Source: Kudoa neothunni (taxonomy: Eukaryota > Animalia > Cnidaria). From it: 64,000 nt of DNA. Position 1 is the first letter of the stretch. Each line of letters starts with the position of its first letter. The translations under genes and the position numbers were made by a program. The stretch covers positions 11,185,608 to 11,249,607 of the forward strand of contig OZ199838.1 of assembly GCA_964304625.1 (NCBI GenBank), in the 5' to 3' direction. Below are positions 26,597 through 41,408 of this stretch, one piece after another. The notes beneath the pieces are model-generated. The model did not search any database. It saw only the letters and a list, made by a program, of their open reading frames with translations, and was not told where the DNA came from.

Positions 26597-26902
26597 CCCC
26601 AATAAGTGGTTTTTTCGCTTAAAAATTGAACTATTATAAAAGAAATCCAAGACAACGAATTTTCTTATTTTATGGTAATGAATTCAGTGGTTAAAAATTA
26701 TTTTTAAATCTTTCATTTGTATTTTTTAATTTATAAATGTAATTATATTTTTCCTAATTCTGAGTAATATGGATAATGCAAAGTGAAATATCAAAAATTA
26801 CTAATGTAAATTTACTGGGGTGCGCTTGATTCAAGCAGCGCTATAACTCCTAAGATGATAACTAATGCAATGTTTACATAATCCCTTAAACGTTATGAAG
26901 CT

Positions 26903-27207
26903 TGGACAACAAGGCATAGTGGTGTTAAGTTGAGTTCGCATATCATTAGATTGCGAGTTCGAAGCCTAGTCCGAGCGTTCCTGTACTTCTAGTTCGAAAC
27001 TAAGTAGGAAGGCCGTAGTAATCGCAAGGATCTACGATTTGTCGTGGCCTTGCTTGAGCTGGGAGGAGCAGCCTAACAGAAGGATAGATTTCGGGCGCTC
27101 ATAAACAACGGAGTACAGTATCGAAATAGAACCCAGTAGGGGGATTCCGTAGAGCCGACGCCCGCACGCAGACGACTTTCCCAGACTAATTCTGGGTTAG
27201 TCCAGGA
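26903..27207 (+). mobile_element. tRNA-derived SINE-like element, truncated by hAT insertion
   Basis: A box GGCATAGTGG (26913) and B box GTTCGAAGCC (26957), followed by a GC-richer body; no proper cloverleaf. Confidence 0.5.
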
Positions 27208-29800
27208 CAGTGGTGGGCATAACTTTTGGTTCTGCGGGCCACATTGGCTCATTACAAAAACTTGGAGGGCCGCATTGTTGACTAAGTGTTTTTTGGGAAC
27301 TTAAATACCTATTGGTGGTTTTTCTAACATTTTTGGTACAATAAAAAAGTTAGTGTATAAATTAATTTAAAAAGGAACTAAATAATTTTTAAAAAATAGA
27401 AATTTGGTGGTCGGCATACTATTGCAAGTTTCGGTCGGAATAATAGATTTTACACTTAATAAACTTTGATTATAACTAACGTTATAAAAAGTTAATATTA
27501 CTCATTAAATACACATGAAATATTTAAAAAATAACTGATAAAATTATTTTAAGCATACAATTCAATATAGCATCTATTTTCAAATGAGACCTAATTCATA
27601 AATTTTAATATGATCAAACTAATAAAATTTAATTAGATTTATATTTCCGATTACATTAAATGTTTGTGACAAACGTAATCAACTTACAGAAATAGTTTTT
27701 TTGAAATTAACTACGGAATATTACAATCCCAAATTATGATTAAAATAACAAAATTAAAAAGAACATAATTTTTGTTAAGTATCAATATAACATTCATCTT
27801 TTAGGGTTTTGTAAATATATTTTTAAGAATAAGGATTCCACCAAGAAATATTATCATAACTTATTATATGCTACTTTTTATTATTTCTTTTAATTTCCTT
27901 TAATTATACCAATTAATAAAACTTATATTTATCAAAAAGCTCCAACTCTGAAGTGATTGGTGTCGTGTTTCAGTCGCTAAATAAAACGAGAATGTAAAGA
28001 AAAGAAATTACTAAATATTTTCATGAACTAATTGTCTAAGGTTCGGCTTAAGGTTGCTTGAAGATATCCTGAGTACGGCCCCTAGGTTTTTGTCTGACAG
28101 CAAAGACCTATTCTTGTTTTTATTAATTTTCATACAGGAGAAACTTTGCTCACAAATGTAGGTTGAACCAAACATATAAAATATTTCTGAAGCGAAATTT
28201 CTAAGACATTGAAAACTCTTAGCAGGTAGCGAATTGTAAAATTCTACTAATGGAACAACAAAAAACAATTCTTTTAATAAACTATGAGATTTAACATCTA
28301 TCAATTCGAGCTGATGTTCGTCGGGAGCCGTGTTGACATCAACAGAGAATAACGACGTGAGTATTCGAAATTTAGGTTCAACCTGTCGAAAGTCTTTAAA
28401 TCTTCTATTGAACTTATCTAATAAAGATTTCAGATGGCTTTTTATTTTAAAACGAATAGCCGGAGGCACCTTTTCTTTTGCAAGTAATGGAAAATGAATA
28501 AATTTCCCTTCATTTATTTGATTTATAAAAAGCGAGAGTTTCGCTTCAAAAGATTTAATGTGATTGAACATTTCATAAACCATGAGTTATTTACCTTACA
28601 ACTTAAGGTTTAATTCGTTGAGTTTTTCAAATAGATCAACTGCAAACATAAGCTCATACCTCCATTCATCACAATCTATATTATGGATAAACTCACAATT
28701 CAAATCTTTCATTTTAAGAAAAGCCTTAATTTCATCTCTTAGATAATAAAATCTTTTCAAAACTTTTACTAAACTTAACCATCGTAAATTGTTATGATAG
28801 ATAATGTTTGTACTCAGAATCAAGATCATTTAACAACGATCTGAATTGACGATGATTCAGCGCTCTTGAACGAATGATGTTTATTGCGTTCACAACTGGA
28901 GTTACAATGTGGTTTAAACTTAATGCAGATTTACACAAACTTTCTTGATGCAAAATGCAGTGAAATGACAGGAACGAATGGTTGGGAATCTCTTTTTTAA
29001 GCTTTGCATTCAATAATTAAATCATCCCAAATTTTTTCCCAATAAAGAGCGAGCGCCATCAGTTGTTACGCTTGTTAATTTATTCCACGGTAATTGATTG
29101 TTTTCAACTGCTTTGACCACACACTCAAACAAATCCTGCCCAATTGTTGTACTTTCCATTGGTTCCATAGAAAGTAACTCTTCAGTGATACAAAAATTAG
29201 GGTCTATTCCACGTACAAAAATAAGCAATTGTGCAGTGTCTCTAATATCTGTGCTTTCATCTAAAGCTAATGAATAACACACAAAATCTTTGCTTATATC
29301 TTTTAATTGTTGGCTTAAATTTTCACTTATCATTTCTATACGACGCACAACTGTACTTCTTGATAATGGAATATTTTCAAACTTTTTTTTTAATTCCGGA
29401 CAAACAACGCTAACACAATCCATTATACATTCTTTCACAAATTCGCCATCTAAAAATGGTTTGTTTCGCCGAGCAATGTAATATGATATCATAAAACATG
29501 CTTCAGATTCGTTTTCTCGGGTTAGAGATTTCGTTTTGAATGAACTGAGTTGCTTTTGATAACTTTCAAGGTATTTTAAGGCCGTCTGTTCCCTGTCGTT
29601 ATTGCTGATTTTTTCACTGAATTCCCCATGTTTCGTTTCGTGGTGCCGTTTCAAGTTATATTCCTTTAATACGGCGACTGATTCGAGACAAAGAAAACAT
29701 ACCACTTTATTCATTAAATAGGTGAAGAAATATTTTGGAGTCCAATCATCGTTAAAATCACGGCGTTCATCAACAACTGTACGCTATCGAGAGGGCATGT
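27208..29800 (-). mobile_element. hAT (SPIN/GTF2IRD2/EPM2AIP1-like) transposon, disrupted transposase
   Basis: Terminus CAGTGGTGGGCA...GCGGGCCACA at 27208. ORF pieces 28011-29799 carry VCFLC..YNLKRHHETKH, YSLALDESTD, VTTDGA, HCILHQESLC, RWLS and FGSTYICEQSFS. Other terminus not found. Confidence 0.88.
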
Positions 29801-30418
29801 TTGTTTAATTCTACAAACATGTGGAGTCGACAAATTACAATTAATAAACGAAGTTTGAGCGAGTTATCGCTCAAGAAAATTAAGTAAATGAATAAAAAAC
29901 TATTCCTACATCAAACTGAAAAATTTTGATACGCTTCAGATGAGAAGAGCATATAAGACTTCTTAGAGCCGCTTTCGACGAAAAAAGTCGTAAAAACACT
30001 AAAAATAGGGTAGGCATACACTCCAAAATAGCCATTTTATTTTCATGAAATAAATAGGAAAAAATTATTAGAAATTAAAAAGTGTAGAATTTTTACGTTT
30101 ATGTAAAAAAACAAATATTAAAATTATTCAATTATTTTTAGATAACTTAAAATTGGCTTTATTCCCCATTAAAGTAATTATTGAAAAGTAACGCAATATG
30201 TACGATGCGCATACATATTGTGTTTAAACATCAAGTAATTACTTTGTCAGTCGTTCAAAATTTTTGTACTTTTCTCTTTAAAAACAAAATTAATATATCT
30301 CATTGAACAAAAACTACCTCATATATACAAAAATATTTACGAAGGCAGGATTAATCACAAAAACATAGCTGTCATCAAAATAGGCGTACGCAGCTCGTAA
30401 TAAACGAGCAATTAAAAA

Positions 30419-33400
30419 ATGTTTCAGAAAGCCAAAGATTGGTTAAACAATGTGTACTATAAAAAACCACTTCAACCATCCTACGAAACGTTGGTGTAAC
30501 TAATTTGAGTAAATATGTAAACATTGAGTGTATATAATTAGGCAAATACACTCGTACATGTCTTCAAATGTGTTGGTGAACATGAACAATAAGCTTCGCT
30601 TAGTTGAAATGTATAGACTACTAGCAGAAACTATAATTTGGGGTGATAGGAATGATCCACGTATATTAGAGTAATTTATTGATCAGACTCAAATGGATAA
30701 TATGTAACTGACCTTTTTGTAGTTACTTTATCAATAACAATTTGCTTATTTATTTTGTTCTTCATATGTGTCAAAGTGATCAAAGTATGGTTGTGACTTA
30801 TCAGATATTACAGGTGTTGAATATTGTGTTTGAAAATGCCAGAGATACGTCATTCATAAGTAGGAGATATGTTCATAAATTTATTAGACCCCTCATAAAA
30901 TTCAATAGATAATATTCTCTCAAACAATTGTATCAATATGATATTGGTTATGACAAGGAATGAAACTAACGACGAAGTATGTTTGACTATTTATCAGTCA
31001 ATGTAATACAATCAACCAATAACACAATAATCATTGTAGGTTATAGCACTGTACGTTTCGCTAATGAAAACGATATCATTCAAAATCGATACTTCAAATA
31101 TATGTTTTTTATTTGATGCGGTATTTTTTTTACAAAACAATAAATTTATTTGTTTGTCATCGTTTGTGTCTTATTAATTACGTAATCATTTATATTGTTC
31201 GTATTATAATGAAATGAACATTAACTAATATGAGTAACAAGCCAAGTTTTAATGCCCATTAAACTATTATTTTAAACACTTAATTGTTCAAGTTAATCCA
31301 ATTAATTAGTTCAATATGGATATACCACTACTTTCCAAATCGGTTCTATTGTATGACCATCATGAAAGCATGGTGAGAATTGCGGTCAGAACCATCACAT
31401 TCAATATTCTCAAATACCATGATCATCCCAATTTAAATCCATTCATACGTCAAAAGTTGGCGGCACCATTTTTTCTCTATCTCATGGAATGCATTTCCGA
31501 GTATTTGAATGGGATCCATGAGAAAGTTGTTAAAATTGATAAATATACGTGTGCTTTGTGTGTTGGCAATGAGCACGCTGGATACACTCCTGCTTCTTCT
31601 GTTGGTGACACAAAAAGAGATTCTGTCACCACTAGTGATCGTATTTTCTACAAGCAACAAGTTACTTTGCTCGGCAATCAAATCAAAAACGCATGGTATC
31701 GTGTTAATGAACACATCGAATACATCTCCGATCTCATATCAGTTCTCTCAGACGATCTATCCATTCTACTCAAAAATATATTCATCGAAAAATTGATCGT
31801 TGATATCTGTCTCAAAAATATTCATATCCATATGATACACAGCTTTTTTATTGTGATTATTTTTGAAATGATCACCGATCAATCTTTAAAAATTCAACTC
31901 ACACAACTTTTACTTATCAATAATTTGAATTTCGAAGTATTACCTCGTTCAATTATTGATAGTTATTTTTGGTTAATCTATCCCCACTATGTGTATTTAG
32001 GATATCTCCAAGAGTAATGGTAGTCGTTTCGATTTCAATATCAGTGATATGGGTCCCAACAATATACGCGAATCCAAATTTGTGCCTCTTATCCATCTTA
32101 TCGAGAATCACATGGTTTGGAATGAACAAATTGGTCGATCTTTCGAGAACTTTAAAGGTGGCAATGTTCGACTCAAAGGTTGTCATAACGATGCACGTTA
32201 GTTGTAATTAAATTGTAATTGGTTAATAGACTTTATCGAGGAGATCAATTACAATTACAAAAACTGTACATCCACCGTCATAATTAAAGAGCAAATTGGT
32301 GCGAGAATATTATTGTGTTTGTAATTGTTAATTAATATTCCCATCTAAAGACTACAATGAAATAATTAACTATTATACAAATTCGCGCTTCATTCACAAA
32401 GAAAATGTTGACTCTCCTACCGTGATAAACGATTTTTTGAATTTCCTTACGTCTATTGAGGATCAGCTCAATTTGTCATCAACAGGTAAAATTTTCTTAT
32501 ATTTATTCTATAATTTCTTTCTGTTGTATGTTAAAAATTATTCCATTCTAGAACATAATGAAACTAGAATGGAATTTCTACAACAAGGGATACTACAAAC
32601 AAAATTCATCGTGATGAATAAGCTGTTTCGTGGTAGAATTGTTAATTGGATTTAAAATGATATAATTGGCTGTTTCAGATTTTCCAATTAATGAACAATC
32701 ATCCAATACAATTGACGTAATTGTTTAATAGCCCTGTACGTGCGTTGCTAATTTTTTGTATGATAAGAATAAGAAAAAACTTATGATAGATGGAGTGGTT
32801 GCCTGTGAACATTTTTTCGACAAATTTATAGATAATAGTACTAGATAATTAACATAAACCATTGGTGCATAAACTTTGGAGCCTTGGGCCAAATTCTAAT
32901 CTTCGAGAACTTTAGGGACCAGAAAGTTTAAAATAAAGTTATAGCTCACACTTTGAATATAGTTACGAACTTTGAAACGCACTGTTCAAAATAATTCATA
33001 AATAATAAGTTTATTACATTTTTTTAATTGGATAACGAATGTCATAATCAACAAATAATATCCGTCCCTTGTTGAATAAAACAATATTTTTCTGTTCTCC
33101 TTATAAATTTTTTCTGAATTTCAGTCATTTTAGCTTGGAAATCAAATAAAAATAAGCTGAATTAAATATGAGATATGCCTTGGGTGGGAAAATGGTTGTG
33201 TGCACGTATGTGGAGTGCAGTTTAAATTGCCCATTAATATGTGCTCATTATCAGCCCTAACGGATGTTCATCCTTTGTGTGATAGTTCATTTATTTTTCT
33301 TGTAGGAACTTTTATTTTCACGCACAATTTAAATATCTTATTATTTCGCAACGTGTATAAAACGTACTTTAATTATTAATCTTATTTTAACATAACTTAA

Positions 33401-35106
33401 ATTTCAGGTAAACATTGTAAAGCGAATTTTTAGATCATAAATCCGTCCGGTACCAGCTTGATTTTCTCCTCCATGCACACTCAAGAAGAAATAATTAAAA
33501 CTGGTACATGAACTTCGATTTAAAAACGTTTTTTCTATATCACACGGTGAAGTGACTAAAAGCAAGAGATCGTTTGCATAGTTATAGTTAGAGAATTTTT
33601 TAGATGTTTTGTTCTTAATGATTCGCATATAATAAAAAACTCCAATAAATTTGTTTAGTGGTTTCATTAGGTGTTCACGATATATTCAATATATGGATAA
33701 ATCAATTAATATTAAATGATCGAATGCGTTTTTTCGTTTACTTTTAAAGTATACCATTAATATGAACATAATTAGGGGTCATTGAGGACCTGAGTTTGTA
33801 CACCCCTGACATAAACTTTTTGGTGGTTAATGGTTGCGTTTGATGTAAAACTAAATTTTAGATGTTATACCGTTGCCATTGGCGGTGGATTATTCGATGT
33901 ATCTGATTGAAACATCTGCTAGATTTCTTATAGAACATCAATCCAACGTTGAACAAGTACACTCGATAATGCTGGTACCGAGTTTTTATACTTTTTTAAA
34001 CCACTAACTAAACCCATTAGAATCTTATCACACAAACTCATCTGTCTCTTCAAATGATCATGAAAGTAAATTTGGACAGGTTGAGCTGTATTGCTGAATA
34101 GAAATTGTTAGGAATGCTATGGATTTTTTGATGCATTTATTGTCTCTTTGCAATGTTACAATGTACCATATTGAAAGGCCGTAGATAACAGGAAATGATT
34201 GTGTTTAGAAAAATAACTATAATCCTGTTATCACTGTTAAATCACTCTCGAAACAATTGTCTACTTTGTTGATGCTTCCAACGTCTAATTCGTCAGACGA
34301 AAAACGGATTTTTTATATGTTTTTTTTGAAAGATATACGTGACCGACAATTTTATTTTATTATTCTGGTAGGTTAGCGCGTGAGATGTAATTGGTAACAT
34401 TATTTGATTTAGCTATCGAAACTTTATCTATTGTTGGAAACAACCGCCGACAATCTCAATATCAAACCACTCAACCCTAAGTTGTACAATATCCTTAACT
34501 TTAGTGTCACTCTTCCAAATATAGATTCATCTATTGATCTTAGTATGAATTTGGGGTTGTTTGGCGATTTAACTGAAATCAGTGATCGTTAGAAACCTCT
34601 TTGTTAATGAATCTTTATCTAATGTGATCCTATTTGATTTAGCCAACAGAGAAATTTCTTTCTGCAAAGTCACCCAAAATAATACGTAATTATTCTTTCA
34701 ATGAGTCAAATTTAATTTTTTTACGCTTTATTAGTGAGAAAAAACAGTTTCTTGTGGTCACATACGAATCTATTCTCATTGTTGATCCCGATATCAACAA
34801 TAACATCGGATGGGGTATCGTTAAACGGGCTATTTCTCTCTATGTAACTTGGTTGTTAATTATGTTTTAATATAACTGATTTTCTAGGATACACATGTTG
34901 ATTATGTATCCAATGACAACTATTCTTTTTCTATCCAAGTTACTAATCGAAAATCCAACACCAAGGAACATGTATCATTCTGTTTCGACGACTATATACG
35001 CTGTATGCTTTCAAAACAACGCATAGAACGAATGATCAGCTCGCTGAATGAATCGTTGAAAGGATCAATTTCTCTGCTGTTCACCGACCAACAGCAACAA
35101 CCATAA
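30419..35106 (+). CDS. CLEC16A: CLEC16A / GOP-1 (FPL domain) homologue, multi-exon
   Basis: Spliced peptides LVEMYRLLAETIIWGDRNDP, YQILQVLNIVFEN, LSNNCINMI, YVSLMKTISFKI, HHESMVRIAVRTITFNI and C-terminal FDDYIRCMLSKQRI..QQQQP*. Central exons (32.2-34.5 kb) only approximately resolved. Confidence 0.88.
33775..33830. mobile_element. piggyBac-like terminus remnant within a CLEC16A intron
   Basis: GGGGTC...GACC subterminal motif and GGTGG|TTAA end, like 13286-13351. Confidence 0.35.
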
Positions 35107-36937
35107 TCTGTCTTATTTTTCTCTTAAATTTTATATTCCTGAACTTTTTGAAACATGTGAATAATGGAGTGTCATTTTTCTCCTATAAATACATATAGTT
35201 GTTTTAGGATTTTATAAAATTAATTTGAAACTATTTACATGCATGTGAAATGACATGACGTTAATTCGTAGGGCACCCGAATAAATTTTGTCAGCTTTTG
35301 CGCGATAGTACTAATCCTAGGTTATGTGTAGTTGTACGTACTCCCTTCATTGTTTTCATTCTTCGAGAACATGTAAATTAATTTGGTAGTTAAAGAAAGG
35401 AAATTTTAAGTATGATAAAATTGATTAAGAAAACTTGATACGATTTCATTAAATTGCATAAATCCGTTAAAATATACTGTTTTGTTGTGGGGTGATTATT
35501 TTTACACTTTGAATGGCATAAATTCAGCTTTACGCTGTAAGAAATCCTTCCGCCCGTTCTATAAAAAATTGTAACGATGTTACACTAGATCATTGTAATT
35601 TATTGGGAATCTCAGTTTATTCAGAGTGATAAATTCGCCATCAAAGGTGCTTTTTGAACTCGAAATGTACAGATAAAAATAAACAAAAACTTAAGATATG
35701 AATCTGTGTTAATTGTGCAGGATATTATTACCTGAATTTTATTGAATCGTTTCAATTTCTTCCAAATTAAAGGATTCGTTATTGATTCAAAATATTCTTA
35801 AGACCAAATTACACTGCTGACAAACACACGTAAGGAAAAAAAAGACATTCTCCCCAATAAAATGCTTTGTCTTCTTATCTTGCGTATTTTCCGTCAGATT
35901 TACACGGAATGACACAACTTAGAATCAATCTTTAATAATTTAAACTTAATCAAAAGAGATTTGAATATATAATTTTAAGTTAGTTTAAATATTAGTCAAA
36001 AAAATTTTATTGGGACTCCAATTTTAAATTTTGAACCTTGTACTAAGAATAATTTATTCGACTGTATGATATAAATAAAATGATCGTGCCAATTTATTGG
36101 TTCTAAAATTTGGACAAACCAAAAAATTGATCAGTGTTTTATGGGAAATCAATATTTTTTAACTTAGACATGATTAATAGTTTTCATATAAATGTGTCAA
36201 CTTACGGAATTTTTCTTATCAGATTACAGTATAATTTACAGTTTTAGACAACACCTGAAATAATTAATGCTCTATGAACATCTTAAACCATTTTTCGGAC
36301 AATATTCAGCAATGTTAAAGCATTCTTTTACAACAGTGCTTCCTAACCCAAATCCGACTAGTATTCCCTTTTGATGAAAAAACAAAATCTACACCTCTTC
36401 TATATATGATAAGGTATAGATCACTCAAAATGTCGGGGTTAATTAATCTTACGTGTAATATAAAACTAGTTTCAAGAATTAGATAGAGATCATTTCTTTT
36501 GATCATTCGAGTGTAATTTTAGTATTTTAAAATTTTTACCCAACAAAGTATTATATTTTTACTTTTATGTATTAATTTATTAATATTATGACTGATTTCC
36601 AGGATAATTAAATAAATAGGTTTTATTCATTTTTTTTAATTTAACTCGTCTCGTGCGATATTTTGGTATTATATTAAAGAAAAACATGAACTTATTTAGT
36701 AGTTATTACGATTTATTCATTATTAAACCAATAATTTATTTAAAAAATCCCTAAAAAATATTTTCAATTCGTGACCCAATCTTGCATCTTCCATAATATA
36801 ATTCGCACCCGCATTTGTAAAACTCTGTTTTATAACGATGATTATTAATATCAAATTTCGTACATTATCCAAATTTTTCAATTTTTCTTCTTGTCTTAAA
36901 ATTGAATGTATATCTTAAAAAGTTATATAGCATACAA

Positions 36938-37429
36938 CAGGGGTCGGCAACCTACATCCCGTCAGATATTTCTATCCGGCTCGCCATGCATTGACTGGCA
37001 TTAAGTTTTGCTTAATATCTAAATTCTTTTTAAGTTGTTATTTAGATCGTCTTCTAAGTGTTTATGTGTTGTCGATGTAAACATTTTAGACGAACAAAAT
37101 TCATTTTCAATGAAGCAGAAACCGGGAATAATTATGGCTGCAAAAGTAACGTTAAAAATATTTCGATAAAAGGAAAAAAATATTTTCAAAATGGCATATA
37201 GACACAACTCATGTTATTTGACTTGGTCCAATAAATCGTTCGTTCAGAAGTTTAGCACGAGTTGATTACATTGCAAGTGGAAATTATTTTTATAAATGCT
37301 TATTTATATATTTAAATTTAAAATTTGAATTAAGAATAATTTAACATTTTGAGTAATTCTAATACGACCCGCATTCGAGTTAGGATGTGTCTATTCGGCC
37401 CGTCATTTAAAAAAGTTGCCGACCCCTTG
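36938..37429. mobile_element. hAT MITE (~490 bp)
   Basis: TIRs CAGGGGTCGGCAAC / GTTGCCGACCCCTTG; degenerate TSD GCATACAA / GTATACTA; subterminal CGGCCCG. Confidence 0.8.
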
Positions 37430-37907
37430 GTATACTATATGGAAAAAAGCAACGTTTTGAGATAACTATTATATTATGGGATTCTCATAATATAAAAAAC
37501 ACCAACTTTCTTATTAATTATTTATATGAATTTATATTAAAAATAACAAATATTTTATTATGGGAGGAGCGAAATTTTCTTAAAGTGATTATATTTTAAT
37601 TTTAACATTCTTTAAGGTAGTGATATTTAAAAAATAGCAAGTTATAAATAGAATAATGAATTTCTCAATGTTTACAAAGAATCAGATCTTTATAAGAATT
37701 TTAAAACTTACTGCGCAAGCGTACTTGTAGACTCACTCACAAACGATTTTGAATATAAATTCATCTCAAAGATTTAATACCATTAATATTTTTAGATATT
37801 AAGTGAATTTAAAAATACAATATTGTCCTTGATTTAATTTATAATTCAACTTTATAAACATATGCATTGACTATTAAGAGATTAGGTTTATATTTCAAAA
37901 GAATTAA

Positions 37908-40130
37908 CCCCTAAAAACGCTCAAAAAATCACCTTCCAATTAATTACACTGGTGCCAATATGACCCCAGATTTTTATTTAAGAAATTTTTATAAACTTGT
38001 TGGTAAATTTTTGAAATCTTTCTATTGGCAGATTTTCAAATAAAACGATAAAAAATAGTCAATTAATCCGCTTTAATTTCGTTCGCAGTATCGCGCCCCT
38101 CGTCGCTTACTCTCGTTAAATTAATACCCTCAAGGGTATCCGCTTTGGGGACAAAAGATTACATATCTATAATTTGTATAAGAAAAATACACTATAAAAT
38201 TATATTCGAAAGAGAATTTATGTAATAATTAATTCAAACAACTGCGATATTTGTTGGATGAGTGTATTTGGCAGTATGGTCTATTACAATTGGAACAACG
38301 AAGGAACGTTTTTTTATCATTTCCACAAGGGTAATAACTACATCGTGCTCCCTGGTTTTTTGTTTGGGAAACATTTGTAATTGACTCGGAGAAAGACGAT
38401 TTTCTTTTGACAACTTTGTTATTATTCAAATTTCGATTGATAAGTGGTTGGTAGAGAGCTTCAGTGATTTCTTTTAGAAAGGTGTGACGGGTTTTATTTT
38501 GGCTATTAAAAATATTCTTACATAATGCAAAATCATTAATCAAGGATAAGTCGAGAATATTGAAAGAACAATCATTGACCATCTGCGGTTGAATCTTTGA
38601 ACAGAAACTGAGGCAAGCAGCAAGCATTTGGTCAGTGGTGTCCAATCCATCCTTCGCTTTATTGTAGCAAATGATAACTTCGGGTTTTTTGTGCGAGATA
38701 TCGAGGATGTTAACATTGGTGGTTCCAGTAGAGATTAGAATGACAGTTTTATTTTTTTTATTGACATACGACGTTAACATATTTTTCTCAAAAAAGGCAA
38801 AAGTTGTATTATACAATTCCCCTTCTTTGAGGCAAGCACGCAAGTTGGAAGTTCCCTTTTGTTGTGTTGAATAGTACCCAAATATGTCAATTTTTTCTGT
38901 AGTAGCTTTGACGCAAGTGGAAAAGAAAAAAAGTATCAACCACGATATTTCTTCCTGAATGATGTATCGGCTCAGAGAGTGATAGAACAATACCTTAAGC
39001 AACATTTAGGTTTTATTCGTTATTTCCATTTTTACCCAGATACGGAGAGATATTTAAAACATACTTTTCAGTTGGGTCAACAAGTAAAAAAAACTTTAGA
39101 CCATATTTTGCTGGTTTCAAAGGCATATATTGCATAAAGGAGCATCTTTCCTCGAACGCAACCAACTGTTCATCAATTGTGGCGTATTGATTTGGGTAGA
39201 AACATTTTGGCAATTTTTTTGTCACACATTTCCAACACCTCACGTGTTGGGAAAAATTTATCCGTGGTTCTCCTCTCTAACCTAATTTTTACGTCATCGA
39301 AATGAAGAGATCGTGAGATTTGGTAAAAATTTGTCTATAGATTTCTCTGCGTTCAGACACACTGAACAATTCTGCCATTGGCTCCTCCCGATCTTTATGA
39401 ACAGACATAAGGGTAAGAATACCTAAATATCCATCAAACTCTATGGAGTCGATGTCAGCCGAATTTTCTTTAAAATGGCTACGCCCAAAAATGTTTGTAC
39501 ATTCAATAATTCTTTCACGAATATTTGTAGTAAACATAATGGAAAGATAGTCCAAAATATTACAAACTCTCTGTAAACAATAAGCTGTCGGATCAGGATG
39601 CGAATTTATTATATTTTCAGCTGATGTTTTAGAAACAACAGGTTTGGTTAAGCTCTAGGTGATTCCACTTTTACTAGTTGTGAAGCTATCGGTTTCAACA
39701 ATTTCCAAAAATTCATCTGACGATTCGTATTCAACACATGACATCTCAACACCACTCATCGTCCCGCGATAAAATTGCGCACAATATTGAGGTTGCTCAT
39801 GCATTACTGTAATTTAATGTTGAATAAAACAATATAATTGCTTTATCATATAATTTATTATAGTTAAAATATAATTCGGGAAATATTTTTTTCGTATTAA
39901 CTCTTAAAACAAACACAACACTATTTTGTTAATTCAACGATCATGAGCGAAATGAAGATATAGTAAGCCGATGAAGATAAAATAAGATTAATTAATGTAT
40001 TTAATATCGGTTTACTCGAAATTCAACCGTTAGAATTTTTTTAGTACTTTATCATTATGATCATAAAAATTTATTCATCTAATTTATCAAATAAAAAACT
40101 GGGGCCATATTGACCCAATGCTTTAGAGGG
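37908..40130 (-). mobile_element. piggyBac transposon, full length, disrupted PGBD4-like transposase
   Basis: TTAA|CCC ... GGG|TTAA ends; subterminal inverted repeats GCCAATATGACCCCAG / CTGGGGCCATATTGAC with asymmetric spacing. Motifs TIDEQLVAF, YMPLKPAKYGLK, YNKAKDGLDTTDQM and a C-terminal Cys-rich domain. Confidence 0.92.
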
Positions 40131-40494
40131 TTAATATTGTAAACATAAATGAATGTTCAAATCTTAAATATTGCAGGTTATGATCAGATCGATTTTATGT
40201 GTATTGCGCAATAATGAGATTAAAAAGTTAAGGTTGAATTAGGTCGTTAAATTTTCCATTAAAGTTAGAAAAGCCGATTTCTAATTATAACCAAACAATA
40301 TCTATAAAAATAATTCAATGGAAGAGTAGAATAATGTGGCAGCTTCAGTACAAAGATTGCATCACAATGAATGAGAAAAGCAGTGCGAACAAAACGAACG
40401 AGCATTACAATGACAGAAAACACTTTCTAAGAAAAATCAAGTCGAAAAAACCCTACAAAAAGCGGCTTGTACGAAGATGCCTCAACCACTGAAG

Positions 40495-41408
40495 TCAGTG
40501 GAAACCAAGAGGCGGGGGAGCAAGATCCCTCAAAATTTCATTCAGTCCAGAACCGTTTCCTTGATAATAAGCTATGATGCAGTTGGAGAGTATTTTCAGT
40601 TGATGTTTCATCACGTTAACTTTGTTAGATTCCAAGAATCTAAGTTTTACTGTTAGTTTATCTTTTTTTTGTTGGTATTCCTCTTGTTGGATTTTAAGGT
40701 TTTCTTCGAGTTGAATCGATTGGGGTGATCCAGGTACAATTTTGGGGCGCACTTTTTCGTAATCCATAATGGTGGAATCGTATGCGAGTCTGGCGTGTTC
40801 GAGCGACTTGGCAGTGGCTATTGAATCCTGCATGGTTTGGCTGCACAAAGTTTGAACTTCATCCACCACATGGTTCATGATTTTGCACACCAAATCAGTA
40901 TTGTTGCCAGCATTGCTTAGCGTGTGTTTGCAGGTGGCTAGTGTAGCTTTCCTATTGCCAACATCAAATCACTCAACGTCCACCCGCGTGTAAAATACTT
41001 ACATGTCATAATCTTCAGCACCTTCAGCTTCGATTATGCTATTCAACGCAGCTGCAGTGGAAAATTGAGTGCTAGCCATCGAAACAAAGAGACTGAGTAA
41101 ATCGTTGAATTGCCTCAGAAGGTTTTTGTGTCGTTCGTGCCGTGGAAAACAAGAATTTGATTTGAGCTTCCAACTCAGGGTCGGTGGTTATAACATTTCG
41201 ACGTCCCAATTTTTCTCCGATAAACTGCTTAGTCATCAGAGCTGTCGATACGGTCCATTTTTTTAAGGAATCCATTTTCTTGGTGATGTCTTCCACCGTT
41301 ATACTTGAAATAGCATTGGATTTAACTTCAGTCTTCTCGTACCCAATTCCACTTCCTACACTCACATATAACTCAACACAACACACACAAAACGGTCTCA
41401 CCAAACAT
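40495..41408 (-). CDS. ARFIP: Arfaptin (AH/BAR domain) homologue; one apparent +1 frameshift near 41140
   Basis: DSLKKWTVST..TKQFIGEKLGR..DPELEAQIKFL and ARLAYDS..KLRFLESNKVNVMKHQLKILSN..AYYQGN. Two short introns. Start codon uncertain (41408 or 41439). Confidence 0.85.

Noticed and set aside
41114-41150. A 37-nt intron rescuing the arfaptin frameshift
   Set aside because: It would delete ~12 aa of the BAR helix and uses a poor GAG acceptor; removing one G gives a colinear alignment instead.
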